A stretch of 42,792 nucleotides of DNA from a virus (IMGVR_UViG_3300038393_003169:1-42792); one strand, 5' to 3'; positions 15,887-25,904 are shown, counted from the first letter of the stretch. The notes: generated by a model from the letters alone, not told the origin. Translations and numbers: made by a program.

Positions 15887-17809
15887 ATGACCGCCGCCGC
15901 TGCCCCCCGCATCGCCACCGCCGTCGCCCGCGCCCTCCAGCCGCGCCGGCCGGTCACTGTCTCGCAGTGGGCTGACGGCGAGCGCGTGCTCAGCGCCAAG
16001 GGCAGCGCCGAGCCGGGCCGCTGGCGCACCAGTCGCAACCCGCCGTTGCGCGAGCCGATGGATTGCCTGTCGGTGCGCAGCACAGTGCAGGACGTGGTGC
16101 TTAAGTTCCCGATCCAGTTCGGCAAGACCGAGGTCGCGGTCAACTGGCTGGGCTACACCATGGATCACGACCCGGCGCCGATCATGGTGTGCCTGCCCGG
16201 CGAAGTGAGCATGAACAAGTGGGTAGCGCAAAAGCTCAACCCCATGCTCGAGGAAACTCCGGCCGCGCAGCGGGCGCTCACCAGCACGGCAAGCCGCGAC
16301 TCTTCCAACACGCGCACCTTCAAGGATTTCGCCGGTGGGCAGCTCTATCTGGAACACGCCGGCAGCCCTTCGCGCTTGAAGTCCACCACGGTCAAGAAAC
16401 TCATCGTCGATGAGGTCGACGAGTTCGCCGGCAATCTCGTCGGCGGCGACGACCCGGTCGACATGCTGGAAGGTCGCACGTCCTCGTTTCCGTTCACCGG
16501 AAAGCGGCTGTATATCTCCACGCCTGGCGTGCAGGGCGTCTCCCGCATCGACTACCTGTGGGAAAAGTCCGATCAGCGGCGCTACCACGTACCGTGCCCG
16601 GACTGCGGGCACGAGCAGCCGCTGGAGTGGGGCGGCCTGCACTGGTCGCCCGATGGTGCCCAGTGCTGGTACGTGTGCCGCGAATGCGGTGTGTGCATCG
16701 ACGAGCGGCACAAGCCGGCCATGATCGCTGCCGGTCGCTGGGTGCCCGAGCACCCGGAGCGCAAGATTCGCGGCTACCACATCAACTGCCTCTACTACCC
16801 GATCGGCCTGGGCCCGCGCTGGCTCGACCTGGTCGACAAGTGGCGCAGCGCGCAGGGTGACCCGGCAAAGCTCAAGACGTTCGTCAACGACCGCCTGGCT
16901 GAGACGTGGGAAGACCCCGCCATGCGCGCGGTCAAGCACAACGTGATCGAGGACCGCGCCGAGCCGTACAAGCTGCGCAGCGCGCCCGCTGGCGTGCTGG
17001 CCATCACCGCCGGCGTCGACACGCAGGACAACCGCCTGGCCGTGCACATCACCGGATGGGGCAGGGGCCTGGCCTGCTGGACGCTGGACTACGTGGAGAT
17101 CCCTGGCGACCCGTCGGACGATGCCGTGTGGGTCGCGCTGACGGACCTGCTCAATCGCCCGATCGAATATGCGCCCACCGGTGCGCTGATGACGATCGAG
17201 GCCGCCGCGATCGACGCCGGCGGCCACCGCACTGAGGACGTCAAAGCGTTCGTGCGCCGCCGCGTCATTCGCCGGCCGCTGTGCATTTTCGGCGCCGTGC
17301 CGAACAACGCGCCGGTGCTGGGCAAGGGTCGCCTGCAGGACGTCAACTGGCGGGGCAAGCTGGACAAGCGCGGCGTGATGATCCATCAGGTGGGCACCGT
17401 CGCCATCAAGCATTGGCTCTACGCCCGCCTTTCCACCGACGCCGAAAAAGAGCCCGAAGACCGCCTGGTCCACCTCTCCGGCGATCTGCCGACCGAGTAT
17501 TTCGGCGGCCTGGTGGCCGAAACCTACAACCCGACAAAGAACCGCTTCGAAAAGCGCAAGGGCGCGCCGCGTAACGAGCCGCTCGACACATGGGTCTACA
17601 GCTTCGCCGCCGCGCACCACCCGGAGTTGCGCCTCCACCGGCTGACCAAAGCCGAATGGGACGCGCGCGAGGCGCGCCTGCGTGGCCCCGCACCGGGTGC
17701 GCCGCCGCCGGCGACCCCGCCGGCCGCGCAGGCACCCGCTTCACGTGGAACCGCCGCACCTGGCGCGCCCAACCCCTTTGCCTCTTCCGATTGGCTCACG
17801 CGGAGGTGA
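15887..17809 (+). CDS. Terminase large subunit, lambda GpA family
   Basis: PGRWRTSRNP, IQFGKTE, LIVDEVDE, ISTP, VPCPDCG, AGVDTQ, IDAGG, RNEPLD. Confidence 0.96.
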   Translation: MTAAAAPRIATAVARALQPRRPVTVSQWADGERVLSAKGSAEPGRWRTSRNPPLREPMDCLSVRSTVQDVVLKFPIQFGKTEVAVNWLGYTMDHDPAPIMVCLPGEVSMNKWVAQKLNPMLEETPAAQRALTSTASRDSSNTRTFKDFAGGQLYLEHAGSPSRLKSTTVKKLIVDEVDEFAGNLVGGDDPVDMLEGRTSSFPFTGKRLYISTPGVQGVSRIDYLWEKSDQRRYHVPCPDCGHEQPLEWGGLHWSPDGAQCWYVCRECGVCIDERHKPAMIAAGRWVPEHPERKIRGYHINCLYYPIGLGPRWLDLVDKWRSAQGDPAKLKTFVNDRLAETWEDPAMRAVKHNVIEDRAEPYKLRSAPAGVLAITAGVDTQDNRLAVHITGWGRGLACWTLDYVEIPGDPSDDAVWVALTDLLNRPIEYAPTGALMTIEAAAIDAGGHRTEDVKAFVRRRVIRRPLCIFGAVPNNAPVLGKGRLQDVNWRGKLDKRGVMIHQVGTVAIKHWLYARLSTDAEKEPEDRLVHLSGDLPTEYFGGLVAETYNPTKNRFEKRKGAPRNEPLDTWVYSFAAAHHPELRLHRLTKAEWDAREARLRGPAPGAPPPATPPAAQAPASRGTAAPGAPNPFASSDWLTRR

Positions 17810-17813
17810 TCGC

Positions 17814-18137
17814 ATGGCCTACCTAGACCTGGTTGCAGACCTGCTGGAACGGGTTTCGCGTCGCACCGGAACGCCAAAGCAGGTGCTGCAGGACATCGAG
17901 CGGGAGGCTCGGGCGGAGTGGGGCGGCTCGCGCCACTACGTGGCCAAAGGTGGGGAGTGCGCGAAAGTACAGCTCATGCAGCGCGATGCGCGCATCCGAG
18001 CAGACCATCGCCAGCTGGTCGCGGCTGGAATGGACCCTTCGGACGCGGACGAATATTTGGCGCGGCGGCATTCATTGGGTGTGCGGCGGATCCGCCAAAT
18101 TCTGGGAGGAGGGGAGCCATCCCGAGCCCCTGCCTGA
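17814..18137 (+). CDS. Mor/C-like transcription activator (candidate late activator)
   Basis: GGAGG RBS; EWGGSRHYVAK...RDARIR...LARRHSLGVRRIRQIL resembles the Mor domain. Confidence 0.75.
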   Translation: MAYLDLVADLLERVSRRTGTPKQVLQDIEREARAEWGGSRHYVAKGGECAKVQLMQRDARIRADHRQLVAAGMDPSDADEYLARRHSLGVRRIRQILGGGEPSRAPA

Positions 18138-18206
18138 TCCATTGGCACGTCTGGCCCAATCCGAGGCAGAATTCCGCTGCCAGGGATCGGGATCACAGGG
18201 GATCGG

Positions 18207-19283
18207 GTGAAGGCTAGAAAACGCCGGAAATTGAAGGCGCGCCGCTTTGAGGCGTCGCGGAGGGCTAAGCGCGCGCGGCAGCGTCAGCGTCGCCAGAGGT
18301 CGCGGGCGCGCCCACCTTCGCCTCTCAGGTACTCGTTAATTCGGTCTGGTGAGTGCACTGTCCGGGTGCCAGCGTCGATCACCATCGTCGGGCGGCCTTA
18401 CCATCGCGCGCTGACCGGCTTTCTGACGGAGTTGCGGCGTGCGTTCGCCCAGCAGTCCCGCGCGGTTTGCGTCGACTTCTCCGCAACCCAAAAGCTATTT
18501 CCCGAAGGCATGCTGCTGCTCTACTCGGAGCTTGACCGCCTTCGGACCCTTTTCCCCGCGAAGGAGGTCCGTTGCATTCCCAGCCCGAACAAGACGGTCG
18601 ACGGGGTGCTTCAGCACCTGGGCGTTTACGCTATGGTCAACCACCTGAGCGAGAGCGCGCCTGAGGGTGACGACGTAGTGGGCTGGAAAGTCCACTACGG
18701 CATGGACGTCAACGGAGATGTCTTTGGGCCGCCGATTGAGGCCCTAGGCCTCAAGACGGAGCACACGAGCGGCCTATTTAAGGGCGTTTCCGAGGCGGTC
18801 ACCAATGTCCGCCACCATGCCCATCTCGCGGAACGCAAGGACGGGTTACAATTACCTGGACCACGCAAATGGTGGATGTTCATCCACGAGTCGGAACAAC
18901 GACTCTACGTGGCGGTCTGCGATCTTGGCATAGGCATCCCCCGGTCCCTGCCGCTTTGGCATGGGCCTGAGGCCGTTGCCCATGCGCTTCGCGTCATGTT
19001 TGGACGTCGGCGGTACAACGATGGGATGCGGATTAAAGCCGCCCTAAGGTTGCGCCGATCACGAACTGATGCCGGGAACCGTGGTAAGGGTTTCTCCGAC
19101 ATCATCGCGGCGCTCAACACGATGCCTGAGAGCAGAATGACGATCTTCAGTAACCACGGCGCACTCCGGTACAACCCGAGCGATCGGCTGCCTGCGATCA
19201 AGGTACGGACGTTTGAAAACTCGATACTTGGCACCATCATTGCTTGGCAGTTCCCTGCAAGGGGCAAAGACCATGGCCATTGA
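18207..19283 (+). CDS. GHKL/HATPase_c protein with N-terminal STAS-like region (moron)
   Basis: N-box SEAVTNVRHHA, G1 CDLGIGIP, G2 RGKGF, terminal GT; VCVDFSATQKLFPEGMLLL is STAS-like; start uncertain. Confidence 0.8.
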   Translation: MKARKRRKLKARRFEASRRAKRARQRQRRQRSRARPPSPLRYSLIRSGECTVRVPASITIVGRPYHRALTGFLTELRRAFAQQSRAVCVDFSATQKLFPEGMLLLYSELDRLRTLFPAKEVRCIPSPNKTVDGVLQHLGVYAMVNHLSESAPEGDDVVGWKVHYGMDVNGDVFGPPIEALGLKTEHTSGLFKGVSEAVTNVRHHAHLAERKDGLQLPGPRKWWMFIHESEQRLYVAVCDLGIGIPRSLPLWHGPEAVAHALRVMFGRRRYNDGMRIKAALRLRRSRTDAGNRGKGFSDIIAALNTMPESRMTIFSNHGALRYNPSDRLPAIKVRTFENSILGTIIAWQFPARGKDHGH

Positions 19284-19593
19284 AATCATTTCGGTTGCTC
19301 GAGACTTCAGCAGATTCCCTGCTGGTCGATTCATCGATGACGGCCCGTACAGTGGACAGGCCTTCCGTGATCGGCTGCTCGCCCCCTTGCTGGAGCAAGG
19401 CAAGGATGTGGAGATCGATCTCGATGGCGTTCTTGGCTACGGATCCTCGTTCCTCGAGGAAGCGTTCGGTGGGCTCATTCGTCGAGGCTTTCGAGCCGAC
19501 CAGCTTCTTGCCCGGCTGCGATTCAAGTCGTCTTCGGACCCGACCGTCGAGCGGGAGATTAAGGGCTACATCAAGCACGCCGCAGCGGCCTAG
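19273..19593 (+). CDS. Stand-alone STAS-like (DUF4325-like) protein
   Basis: FSRFPAGRF.DDGPYSGQAFR...IDLDGVLGYGSSFLEEAFGGL. Confidence 0.87.
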   Translation: MAIEIISVARDFSRFPAGRFIDDGPYSGQAFRDRLLAPLLEQGKDVEIDLDGVLGYGSSFLEEAFGGLIRRGFRADQLLARLRFKSSSDPTVEREIKGYIKHAAAA

Positions 19594-19604
19594 GCTGTGG
19601 CTGC

Positions 19605-20189
19605 ATGGGACACGTCCTTGGGCAGGTATTGCACGCGGTAGGTCAAATAGTTACGTGGTTACTGGTGATCCTTGGTTGGGTGGTCGTTAGCAACCTGCAG
19701 GACTACCGCGAGCTGCGTAAGGACCGTGTTGCCAGGGTGAGTGAGGTGCGCAAGCGCCTTCACGAGTTCGAACAGGAAGCTTTGGACTTCCATACGTCCG
19801 AATTCCAGATGCAGAAGGTCCTTTCGGTTGTAGGCTCTTTGTCGACTTTGGGTCGCGAGCTGCACTTCCTGCAGGCGTGCGAGTACATCGCATTCGAGTA
19901 CCAAGAGCCCTTTGTGGCCTTGCGAAAGGCATGCACCAACTTGAACTTTGACAAGCAGGGCCACCAGGTGCTGGACCACGCCGATCCGCTATGTCTGGTG
20001 ATCAGGTCGGCAAGAGACACGCTCGATGCAGCGCTAATGGAGGCCCAAATCGCTGCTGCTCGCGATGGACGCACGCCAACCGACGTCGTCGTCTCTGTGG
20101 TCAGAGGCCTCCGCAATTCGGTTGGTCCGCTTGCCAGTACATTCATGCAATGGGTGCGTTCAAAGCTCCGCCGCAAGTCCGACGACTGA
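19605..20189 (+). CDS. Hypothetical protein with an N-terminal TM helix (moron)
   Basis: IVTWLLVILGWVVV followed by a helical domain; lower GC. Confidence 0.75.
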   Translation: MGHVLGQVLHAVGQIVTWLLVILGWVVVSNLQDYRELRKDRVARVSEVRKRLHEFEQEALDFHTSEFQMQKVLSVVGSLSTLGRELHFLQACEYIAFEYQEPFVALRKACTNLNFDKQGHQVLDHADPLCLVIRSARDTLDAALMEAQIAAARDGRTPTDVVVSVVRGLRNSVGPLASTFMQWVRSKLRRKSDD

Positions 20190-20257
20190 GCTTTGGTAGC
20201 CGGCGACGCGCCGGCCTTCCTCCGGTAAGCCAGGCTGCGCTGGCCTGCCTTACTGGG

Positions 20258-20282
20258 AAACGGTTTGCCTTATTGATTTCCG
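20258..20282 (+). promoter_or_regulatory. Candidate late-promoter element, copy 1
   Basis: AAACGGTTTGCCTTATTGATTTCCG identical to 38976-39000; 22 nt before the first head gene. Confidence 0.8.
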
Positions 20283-20304
20283 TGCGGCTTGTGATTCTGG
20301 CCGC

Positions 20305-20526
20305 ATGTCTACCGCCACCGACATGCGCGACAAGTACTTGGCCGCCGAGGCAGCGATCCTCGGTGGGCAGTCTGTTGCGTGGGGCGACCGCACGCTGACC
20401 CGCGCCAACCTCGCCGAGGTACGCGAGGGGCGGGCGGAGTGGGAGGCCAAGGTTGCTGCCGAGGCGCGCGCCGCCGCCGGTGGCGGGCGTTTCCGTCTGG
20501 CGGACTTCAGCGGGTGCGGCCGGTGA
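20305..20526 (+). CDS. Head completion protein, gpW-like
   Basis: YLAAEAAILGGQSVAWGDRTLTRANLAEVREGR; precedes portal. Confidence 0.85.
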   Translation: MSTATDMRDKYLAAEAAILGGQSVAWGDRTLTRANLAEVREGRAEWEAKVAAEARAAAGGGRFRLADFSGCGR

Positions 20527-22049
20527 GCGCGCCGGTGCTCAACCGCCTCGAGCGCGCCATGCTTGCCGTGGCGCCGAACTGGATGGCCAAACGCGCTTCG
20601 GCGCGCCTGCGCGTGCAGGCCATGCAGTCGGCCTACGACGCCATCGGCCCCAGCCGCCTGCGCCGCGGCCGCCGCGACATGGGCAGCGGCAACACCATTG
20701 CCGACTACGCCCAGCGCCCACTGCGCGACATCGCGCGCGACCTGGACCGCAACCACGACCTGGCGCGCGGCACGCTCAACGTGATGGTGCGCAACATCGT
20801 CGGCGCCACCGGCATCGGCGTGGAGCCGCAGCCGCTGGGCGCGGATGGCACCGTCGATGCCGCGCTGGCCAAGCAAATGGCGGACCTGTGGGGCCGCTGG
20901 TCGCGCTACCCGGAGGTCACCGCCGAGCTCAACTGGGCTCGCAGCGAGCAGCTGCTGTGCCGCAGCTGGCTGCGCGACGGCGAGTGCCTGTGGCAGTACC
21001 TGGACGGCAACGTGCCGAAGCTGACGCACGCCAGCGGCCTGCCATACTCGCTCGAGCTGCTGGAGTGCGATCTGTTGCCGGTGGACTACAGCGACCCGCT
21101 GCAGAACATCAGCCAGGGAATCGAACTGGATAGCTGGGGCCGGCCCAAGGGTTACTGGGTCTACAAGCAGCACCCTGGCGACCCCTTTGTGGGCATGCCG
21201 TCCATGAAACGCGTGCCGTCCGAGCGCATCGGCCACCTTAAGCTGGTCGACCGCATCGGGCAGCGCCGCGGCGTGTCGCTGTTCGCCGCCGTGCTCAATC
21301 GCCTTGACGACCTGAAGGACTACGAAGAGAGCGAGCGGATCGCCGCCAAGATCGCCGCGAGCCTCGCTGCCGTCATTAAGAAGGGCGCGCCCGACGATTA
21401 CAGCAGCACCGAGGGCGCGCCCAACCCGGCGCGCAACATGGCGTTCCAGCCCGGCATGGTGCTCGACGCCCTGAACCCGGGCGAAGACGTCTCCATCATC
21501 GACAGCAAGCGCCCGAACCCGAATGCGCTGCTATGGCGCAACGGCCAGCTGCGCGCGATCGCCGCCGGCACCGACGCCAGCTATTCCAGCATCAGCCGCA
21601 ACTACGAAGGCAGCTACAGCGCCCAGCGCCAGGAGCTGGTGGAAACGTTCCAAGCCTACTCGCTGCTTAGCTACGCCTTCATCGACCAGTGCACGTCCGA
21701 GGTCTACCGACGCTTCGTGGCGGCGATGGTGCTTGCCGGGCAGGTCAAGCCCGCCCGGGGCGTCAGCTTCGATCAGTTGTGCCAGTGCATCTACATCCCG
21801 CCGTCGATGCCCTGGATCGACCCGGCGAAAGAAGCCGACGCCTACGCCACGCTCGAGGACCGCGCGTACATCAGCGGCCCCGAGATCATCCGCAAGCAGG
21901 GCCGCAACCCGCAGGACGTGTTGCGCGCCCAGAAACAGTGGCTGGCCGACAAGGCCGCCGCCGGCATCCCGCCCGCGCCCAGTGGCAGCGCCTCGCCGGC
22001 GCCCGTCGATGAGCCGGCCGCGCCGGCCCCCACCCAAGAGGCCGCCTGA
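20523..22049 (+). CDS. Portal protein, lambda family
   Basis: ARDLDRNH, LRDGE, GIELDSWGRP, QRRGVS, SYSAQRQE, WIDPAKE. Confidence 0.95.
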   Translation: MSAPVLNRLERAMLAVAPNWMAKRASARLRVQAMQSAYDAIGPSRLRRGRRDMGSGNTIADYAQRPLRDIARDLDRNHDLARGTLNVMVRNIVGATGIGVEPQPLGADGTVDAALAKQMADLWGRWSRYPEVTAELNWARSEQLLCRSWLRDGECLWQYLDGNVPKLTHASGLPYSLELLECDLLPVDYSDPLQNISQGIELDSWGRPKGYWVYKQHPGDPFVGMPSMKRVPSERIGHLKLVDRIGQRRGVSLFAAVLNRLDDLKDYEESERIAAKIAASLAAVIKKGAPDDYSSTEGAPNPARNMAFQPGMVLDALNPGEDVSIIDSKRPNPNALLWRNGQLRAIAAGTDASYSSISRNYEGSYSAQRQELVETFQAYSLLSYAFIDQCTSEVYRRFVAAMVLAGQVKPARGVSFDQLCQCIYIPPSMPWIDPAKEADAYATLEDRAYISGPEIIRKQGRNPQDVLRAQKQWLADKAAAGIPPAPSGSASPAPVDEPAAPAPTQEAA

Positions 22050-22051
22050 TC

Positions 22052-24202
22052 ATGCCGCACGCCCACTCCATCGCCCTGTCGCCTCTCGCCGCTGTGCTCG
22101 CTCTGCGCTCCACCGCGAAGGCCAGCGAGTACGAACTGCTCATCTACGGACAGATCGGTGCCAGCTTCTGGGAAGAGACCGTCACGGCCGCCGACGTGAT
22201 CGCGCAGCTCGACACGCTGCCGGCTGCTGCCGCCGTGGTGCACGTGCGCATCAACAGCATCGGCGGCAGCGTCCCGGATGGCCTTGCCATTTACAACGCG
22301 CTCAAGCGCTGCCCGGCGCAGATCATCGTCACAGTCGACGGCGTCGCGGCCTCTATTGCTTCGCTGATCGCCATGGCCGGTGACGAAGTCCGCATGCCGG
22401 CCACCAGCATGATGATGGTGCACGACCCGCGCGTGTCCTGGATGGAACTGGCCAACGCCGACGCCCTGCGCGAAGCGGCCGACATGCTCGACGCCTGGGC
22501 CGTCAGCATGGCCGCCGCCTATGCCGCCAAGACGGGCATTTCCACCGACGAAGTGATCGCTCAGCTGCTCGACGGCAAGGACCACTACTACACCGGCGAG
22601 CAGGCTGTGGCGGCGCACTTGGCCGACACCCTCGAAACCTTCGAACCAGTGGAGGCCGACCCGGCCCTCACCGCCACGCTTGAGCGCCTGGTTGCCCAGG
22701 CCCCGGAACAGATCCGTCACCTGGTCGTGGCTTCCGCCGCGCGCCAGCCCGTGCACGCCCCTTCTGCGCCTCACGTTGCAGCACCCGCGGCGGCTCCCGC
22801 CGCCACCACCACCGGAGCACACACCATGCCGAACCCCAACAACGCGGCCCCGCAGGCCGAGCCGGCGGCCAACGCGGCCACCATCACCGCGCAGGCGCAC
22901 ACCGCCCTGCGTGAGCGCAACGAGTCCATTCTCGCCACGCTGGAGCCGTGCATGGCCCGCGAGGGCATCCGCGAGTTGTACGTGCAGGCGCTGGGCGACC
23001 CCGACATGACGCTCGCCCAGGTGCAGGCCAAGGCGCTGACGCTGGTCGGCGCCCAGGCGGAGCCGCTCGCGCGCGGCATGCACGTGGAGCTCGGCGCCGA
23101 CAGCCGCGACAAGATGCGCGCCGCCGGCGAGCAGATCCTGCTGGCTCGCGCCGGCGTGATCACCGGCGCCGATGCCGAGCGCGCCCGCCAGGGCAATCCG
23201 TTCGCCCGCGCCACGCTGGTCGGCATGGCCGAAAGCCTGCTGATCCAGGCCGGCGTCGACACCCGCGGCATGAGCCGCGAGGACATCGCCCGCCGCGCGC
23301 TGGCGGTTGGCCAGTCCACCGGCGACTTCCCGGTGCTGCTGGAGAACGTCCTCCACAAGACCCTGGTGGGCGCCTACAACACGGCCGCCTTCACCTGGAA
23401 CCGCTTCTGCAGCACCGGCACCCTGAGCGACTACCGCCCGCACAACCGCTACCACCTGTCCAGCTTCAGTGACTTGCAGGAAGTGGGCGAGGGCGGCGAG
23501 TACAAGGCCGGCACGCTGGGCGACGGCGAGAAGGAAACGATCACCGGCAAGCGCAAGGGGCGGATCCTCAACATCACCCCGGAAGTGCTCATCAACGACG
23601 ACCTGGGCGCGTTCATTCGCCTCACCCAGACGCTCGGCCAGGCCGCAGGCCGCACCATCGAAAAGGACGTCTACGCGCTGCTGGCGCTCAACGGTGGCCT
23701 CGGCCCGGTGATGAGCGACGGTCTGACCCTGTTCCACGCCGACCACGGCAACATCGCCGCGACTCCGGCCGTGCCGACCGTCACCAGCGTCGATGCCATG
23801 CGCGTGGCGCTGGGCAAGCAGATGGACCCCGGCGGCAACGACTTCCTCGACCTGATGCTGGCCATCTGGCTTGGCCCGTTGGGCATGGATGGCGACGTGC
23901 GCGTGCTCAACGAAGCCCAGTACGACGTCAGCGTCGCCAACAAGTTCCAGGTGCCCAACAAGTCGCGTGGCCTGTTCCGCGACGTGGTTGGCACGCCGCG
24001 CCTCACCGGCAACGCCTGGTACGGCTTCGCGGACCCGGCCATCGAGCCGGTCATCGAGGTCGCGTTCCTCGACGGCGTGCAGACCCCGACGCTGCAGCAG
24101 GAAACCAAGTTCGCCACCGATGGCTTGGCGTGGAAGGTCGTCCACCGCTACGGCGTGGGCGGCGTGGGCTGGCGTGGCGCCCAGCGGAACGCCGGCGCCT
24201 AA
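22052..24202 (+). CDS. ClpP-like prohead protease fused to major capsid protein
   Basis: RINSIGGSV, GVAASIASLIAMAGD, MMMVHDP; capsid part STGDFPVLL, LINDDLGAF, IEVAFLDG. Confidence 0.95.
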   Translation: MPHAHSIALSPLAAVLALRSTAKASEYELLIYGQIGASFWEETVTAADVIAQLDTLPAAAAVVHVRINSIGGSVPDGLAIYNALKRCPAQIIVTVDGVAASIASLIAMAGDEVRMPATSMMMVHDPRVSWMELANADALREAADMLDAWAVSMAAAYAAKTGISTDEVIAQLLDGKDHYYTGEQAVAAHLADTLETFEPVEADPALTATLERLVAQAPEQIRHLVVASAARQPVHAPSAPHVAAPAAAPAATTTGAHTMPNPNNAAPQAEPAANAATITAQAHTALRERNESILATLEPCMAREGIRELYVQALGDPDMTLAQVQAKALTLVGAQAEPLARGMHVELGADSRDKMRAAGEQILLARAGVITGADAERARQGNPFARATLVGMAESLLIQAGVDTRGMSREDIARRALAVGQSTGDFPVLLENVLHKTLVGAYNTAAFTWNRFCSTGTLSDYRPHNRYHLSSFSDLQEVGEGGEYKAGTLGDGEKETITGKRKGRILNITPEVLINDDLGAFIRLTQTLGQAAGRTIEKDVYALLALNGGLGPVMSDGLTLFHADHGNIAATPAVPTVTSVDAMRVALGKQMDPGGNDFLDLMLAIWLGPLGMDGDVRVLNEAQYDVSVANKFQVPNKSRGLFRDVVGTPRLTGNAWYGFADPAIEPVIEVAFLDGVQTPTLQQETKFATDGLAWKVVHRYGVGGVGWRGAQRNAGA

Positions 24203-24209
24203 GCGCCGC

Positions 24210-24238
24210 GGTGCCGGCGGCAGCGCGCCGCCGGCACC
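24210..24238 (+). other. 12-bp GC hairpin after the capsid gene (mRNA stabiliser or partial terminator)
   Basis: GGTGCCGGCGGC-AGCGC-GCCGCCGGCACC; no U-tract. Confidence 0.6.
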
Positions 24239-24269
24239 AACTTGACCCCTTCGACTTCGGAGCAATCCC

Positions 24270-24620
24270 ATGAAGAACTTCGTACAGCCGGGCGAGATTC
24301 GCGATTACACGCCCGCCGCCGACGTCGCCAGTGGCGCCGTCGTGATCATCGGCACGCTGGTCGGCGTCGCCGCCTCGGCGATCGCCGCCAACCAGCTCGG
24401 CGCCGTGGCGATCGAAGGCGTGTTCGACCTGCCCAAGAAGGCCGGCACCGCCATCACCGACGGCGCCAAGCTCACCTGGAGCGTGGCCGACAGCGCATTC
24501 ACCGTCGGTGCCGGCGTCACCGGCGACACCCTCGGCGGCGCGGTGGCCATCGCGGCGGCCGCGAGCGCCGACACCGTGGTGCACGCCAAGCTCGTGCCCG
24601 GTACCGGCAGCACGGTCTGA
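24270..24620 (+). CDS. DUF2190-like capsid cement/decoration protein
   Basis: MKNFVQPG, GVFDLPK; follows capsid. Confidence 0.9.
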   Translation: MKNFVQPGEIRDYTPAADVASGAVVIIGTLVGVAASAIAANQLGAVAIEGVFDLPKKAGTAITDGAKLTWSVADSAFTVGAGVTGDTLGGAVAIAAAASADTVVHAKLVPGTGSTV

Positions 24621-24622
24621 CC

Positions 24623-24925
24623 ATGACTGACGGGCGCGCCGCCTTCGTCGATGCCCACGCGTCCCTGATGGACGCGCTGGGCACCGACGCCACCGTGCAA
24701 CGCGGCAGCGATGCCGCGGTGCCGGTGCGCGTGGTGGTGCGCGACGGCGTCTCGAGGCTAGGGCAGTACGGGCAGGTGGTCGGCCGCAACACCGTGGTCA
24801 GCTTCCTGCGCAGCCAGTGGCAGCCCAAGCGCGAGGACGTACTGACGCTCGACGGCGTGGCCCGCAAGGTGGAAGCCATCGACGAAGACGACGGCATCGC
24901 CGTCACGGTGGTGCTCCATGGCTGA
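24623..24925 (+). CDS. Head-tail joining protein
   Basis: Size, position and beta-rich pattern. Confidence 0.7.
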   Translation: MTDGRAAFVDAHASLMDALGTDATVQRGSDAAVPVRVVVRDGVSRLGQYGQVVGRNTVVSFLRSQWQPKREDVLTLDGVARKVEAIDEDDGIAVTVVLHG

Positions 24926-25367
24926 GTCCAAGAGCTGGGCCATCATCCTCGCGCTGCAGACGCAGCTGCAGACGATCACCCAGGCCAACGGCTTCATCAC
25001 CGATGCCGGTCTCAATGTCTGGACCACCGACCACCAGCGCTCGAGCGACGACGCGCTGGGCCTGATGATCTACAGCGAGCCGATTATCGGTCCGGGGCTG
25101 GACAACGAGCGCCCCCGCCAGCAGGTGCGCATCCTCAGTCTTCTGGTCGAGGCCATCATCAGCACGGACCTGGACAGCGCCCAGCAGCAGATCCACGCGC
25201 TGATCGAGGACGTGGAAAACTGCATGGCCGCCTACGGCAAGGGGACGGCCAAGCTGCCGCCCGGCTCCACGAGCGTGCACGTCGCCGACATCGCGATTCT
25301 GGATCGCCCGGAGGGCGCGGCGCAGATCGCCATGGAAGCCCGCGTTGTCGTGAGGTACTTCCGGTGA
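24918..25367 (+). CDS. Tail terminator-like protein
   Basis: LQTITQANGFITDAG motif; position. Confidence 0.7.
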   Translation: MAESKSWAIILALQTQLQTITQANGFITDAGLNVWTTDHQRSSDDALGLMIYSEPIIGPGLDNERPRQQVRILSLLVEAIISTDLDSAQQQIHALIEDVENCMAAYGKGTAKLPPGSTSVHVADIAILDRPEGAAQIAMEARVVVRYFR

Positions 25368-25903
25368 GCCGCTACAGCAGCTTCAGTGTGGAGCTGGAGG
25401 GGGCGCTGAACGTCGCCCAGCAGCTCTCGACCGTCCCGGGCCGCATCCTGCAGGCCCAGCGGCGCGCGTTGGGAACCATGCGCCGCCGCCTCGCCACCGA
25501 GGCGAGGCGCGACATCCAGGCTGAGTACAACCTCAAGGCGGGCCGCATCGCCGAGGGCCTGGCCGTCCGCGATACCGCCGACGGCGTCAAGCTGATCGGC
25601 CGCAGCCGTGGCATCAATGCGGCGCAGTTCGGTGCGACGTGGTCCAAGCGGATGAAGGGCGCCCGCTTCGCGATCAAGCGGGGTGGCGATCGATCCGCAC
25701 ACGAGGGCAGCTTCATTGCCACCGGCCGCAGCGGCAACCGCCTGGTGTTCGAACGCCAGGGCAAGGCGCGCCTGCCATTGCAAGCCGTCTACGGCCCGAG
25801 CGTGGGCCAGATGCTCAAGCACGGCCGCCGCCCGGAACGCCTGGCGGAGTTCGCCGTCCGCGTGCTCGAAGCCGAGCAGCGCCGCCTGCTGGGGAGTCGC
25901 TGA
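25364..25903 (+). CDS. Tail completion protein, lambda gpZ-like
   Basis: Basic; VFERQGKARLPLQAVYGPSVGQM. Confidence 0.8.
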   Translation: MSRYSSFSVELEGALNVAQQLSTVPGRILQAQRRALGTMRRRLATEARRDIQAEYNLKAGRIAEGLAVRDTADGVKLIGRSRGINAAQFGATWSKRMKGARFAIKRGGDRSAHEGSFIATGRSGNRLVFERQGKARLPLQAVYGPSVGQMLKHGRRPERLAEFAVRVLEAEQRRLLGSR

Positions 25904-25904
25904 A

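Noticed and set aside
21842-24271. 809-aa minus-strand ORF and similar long antisense ORFs (15806-17638, 29544-31289, 33381-34961)
   Set aside because: Shadows of well-supported structural genes caused by GC-biased codon use
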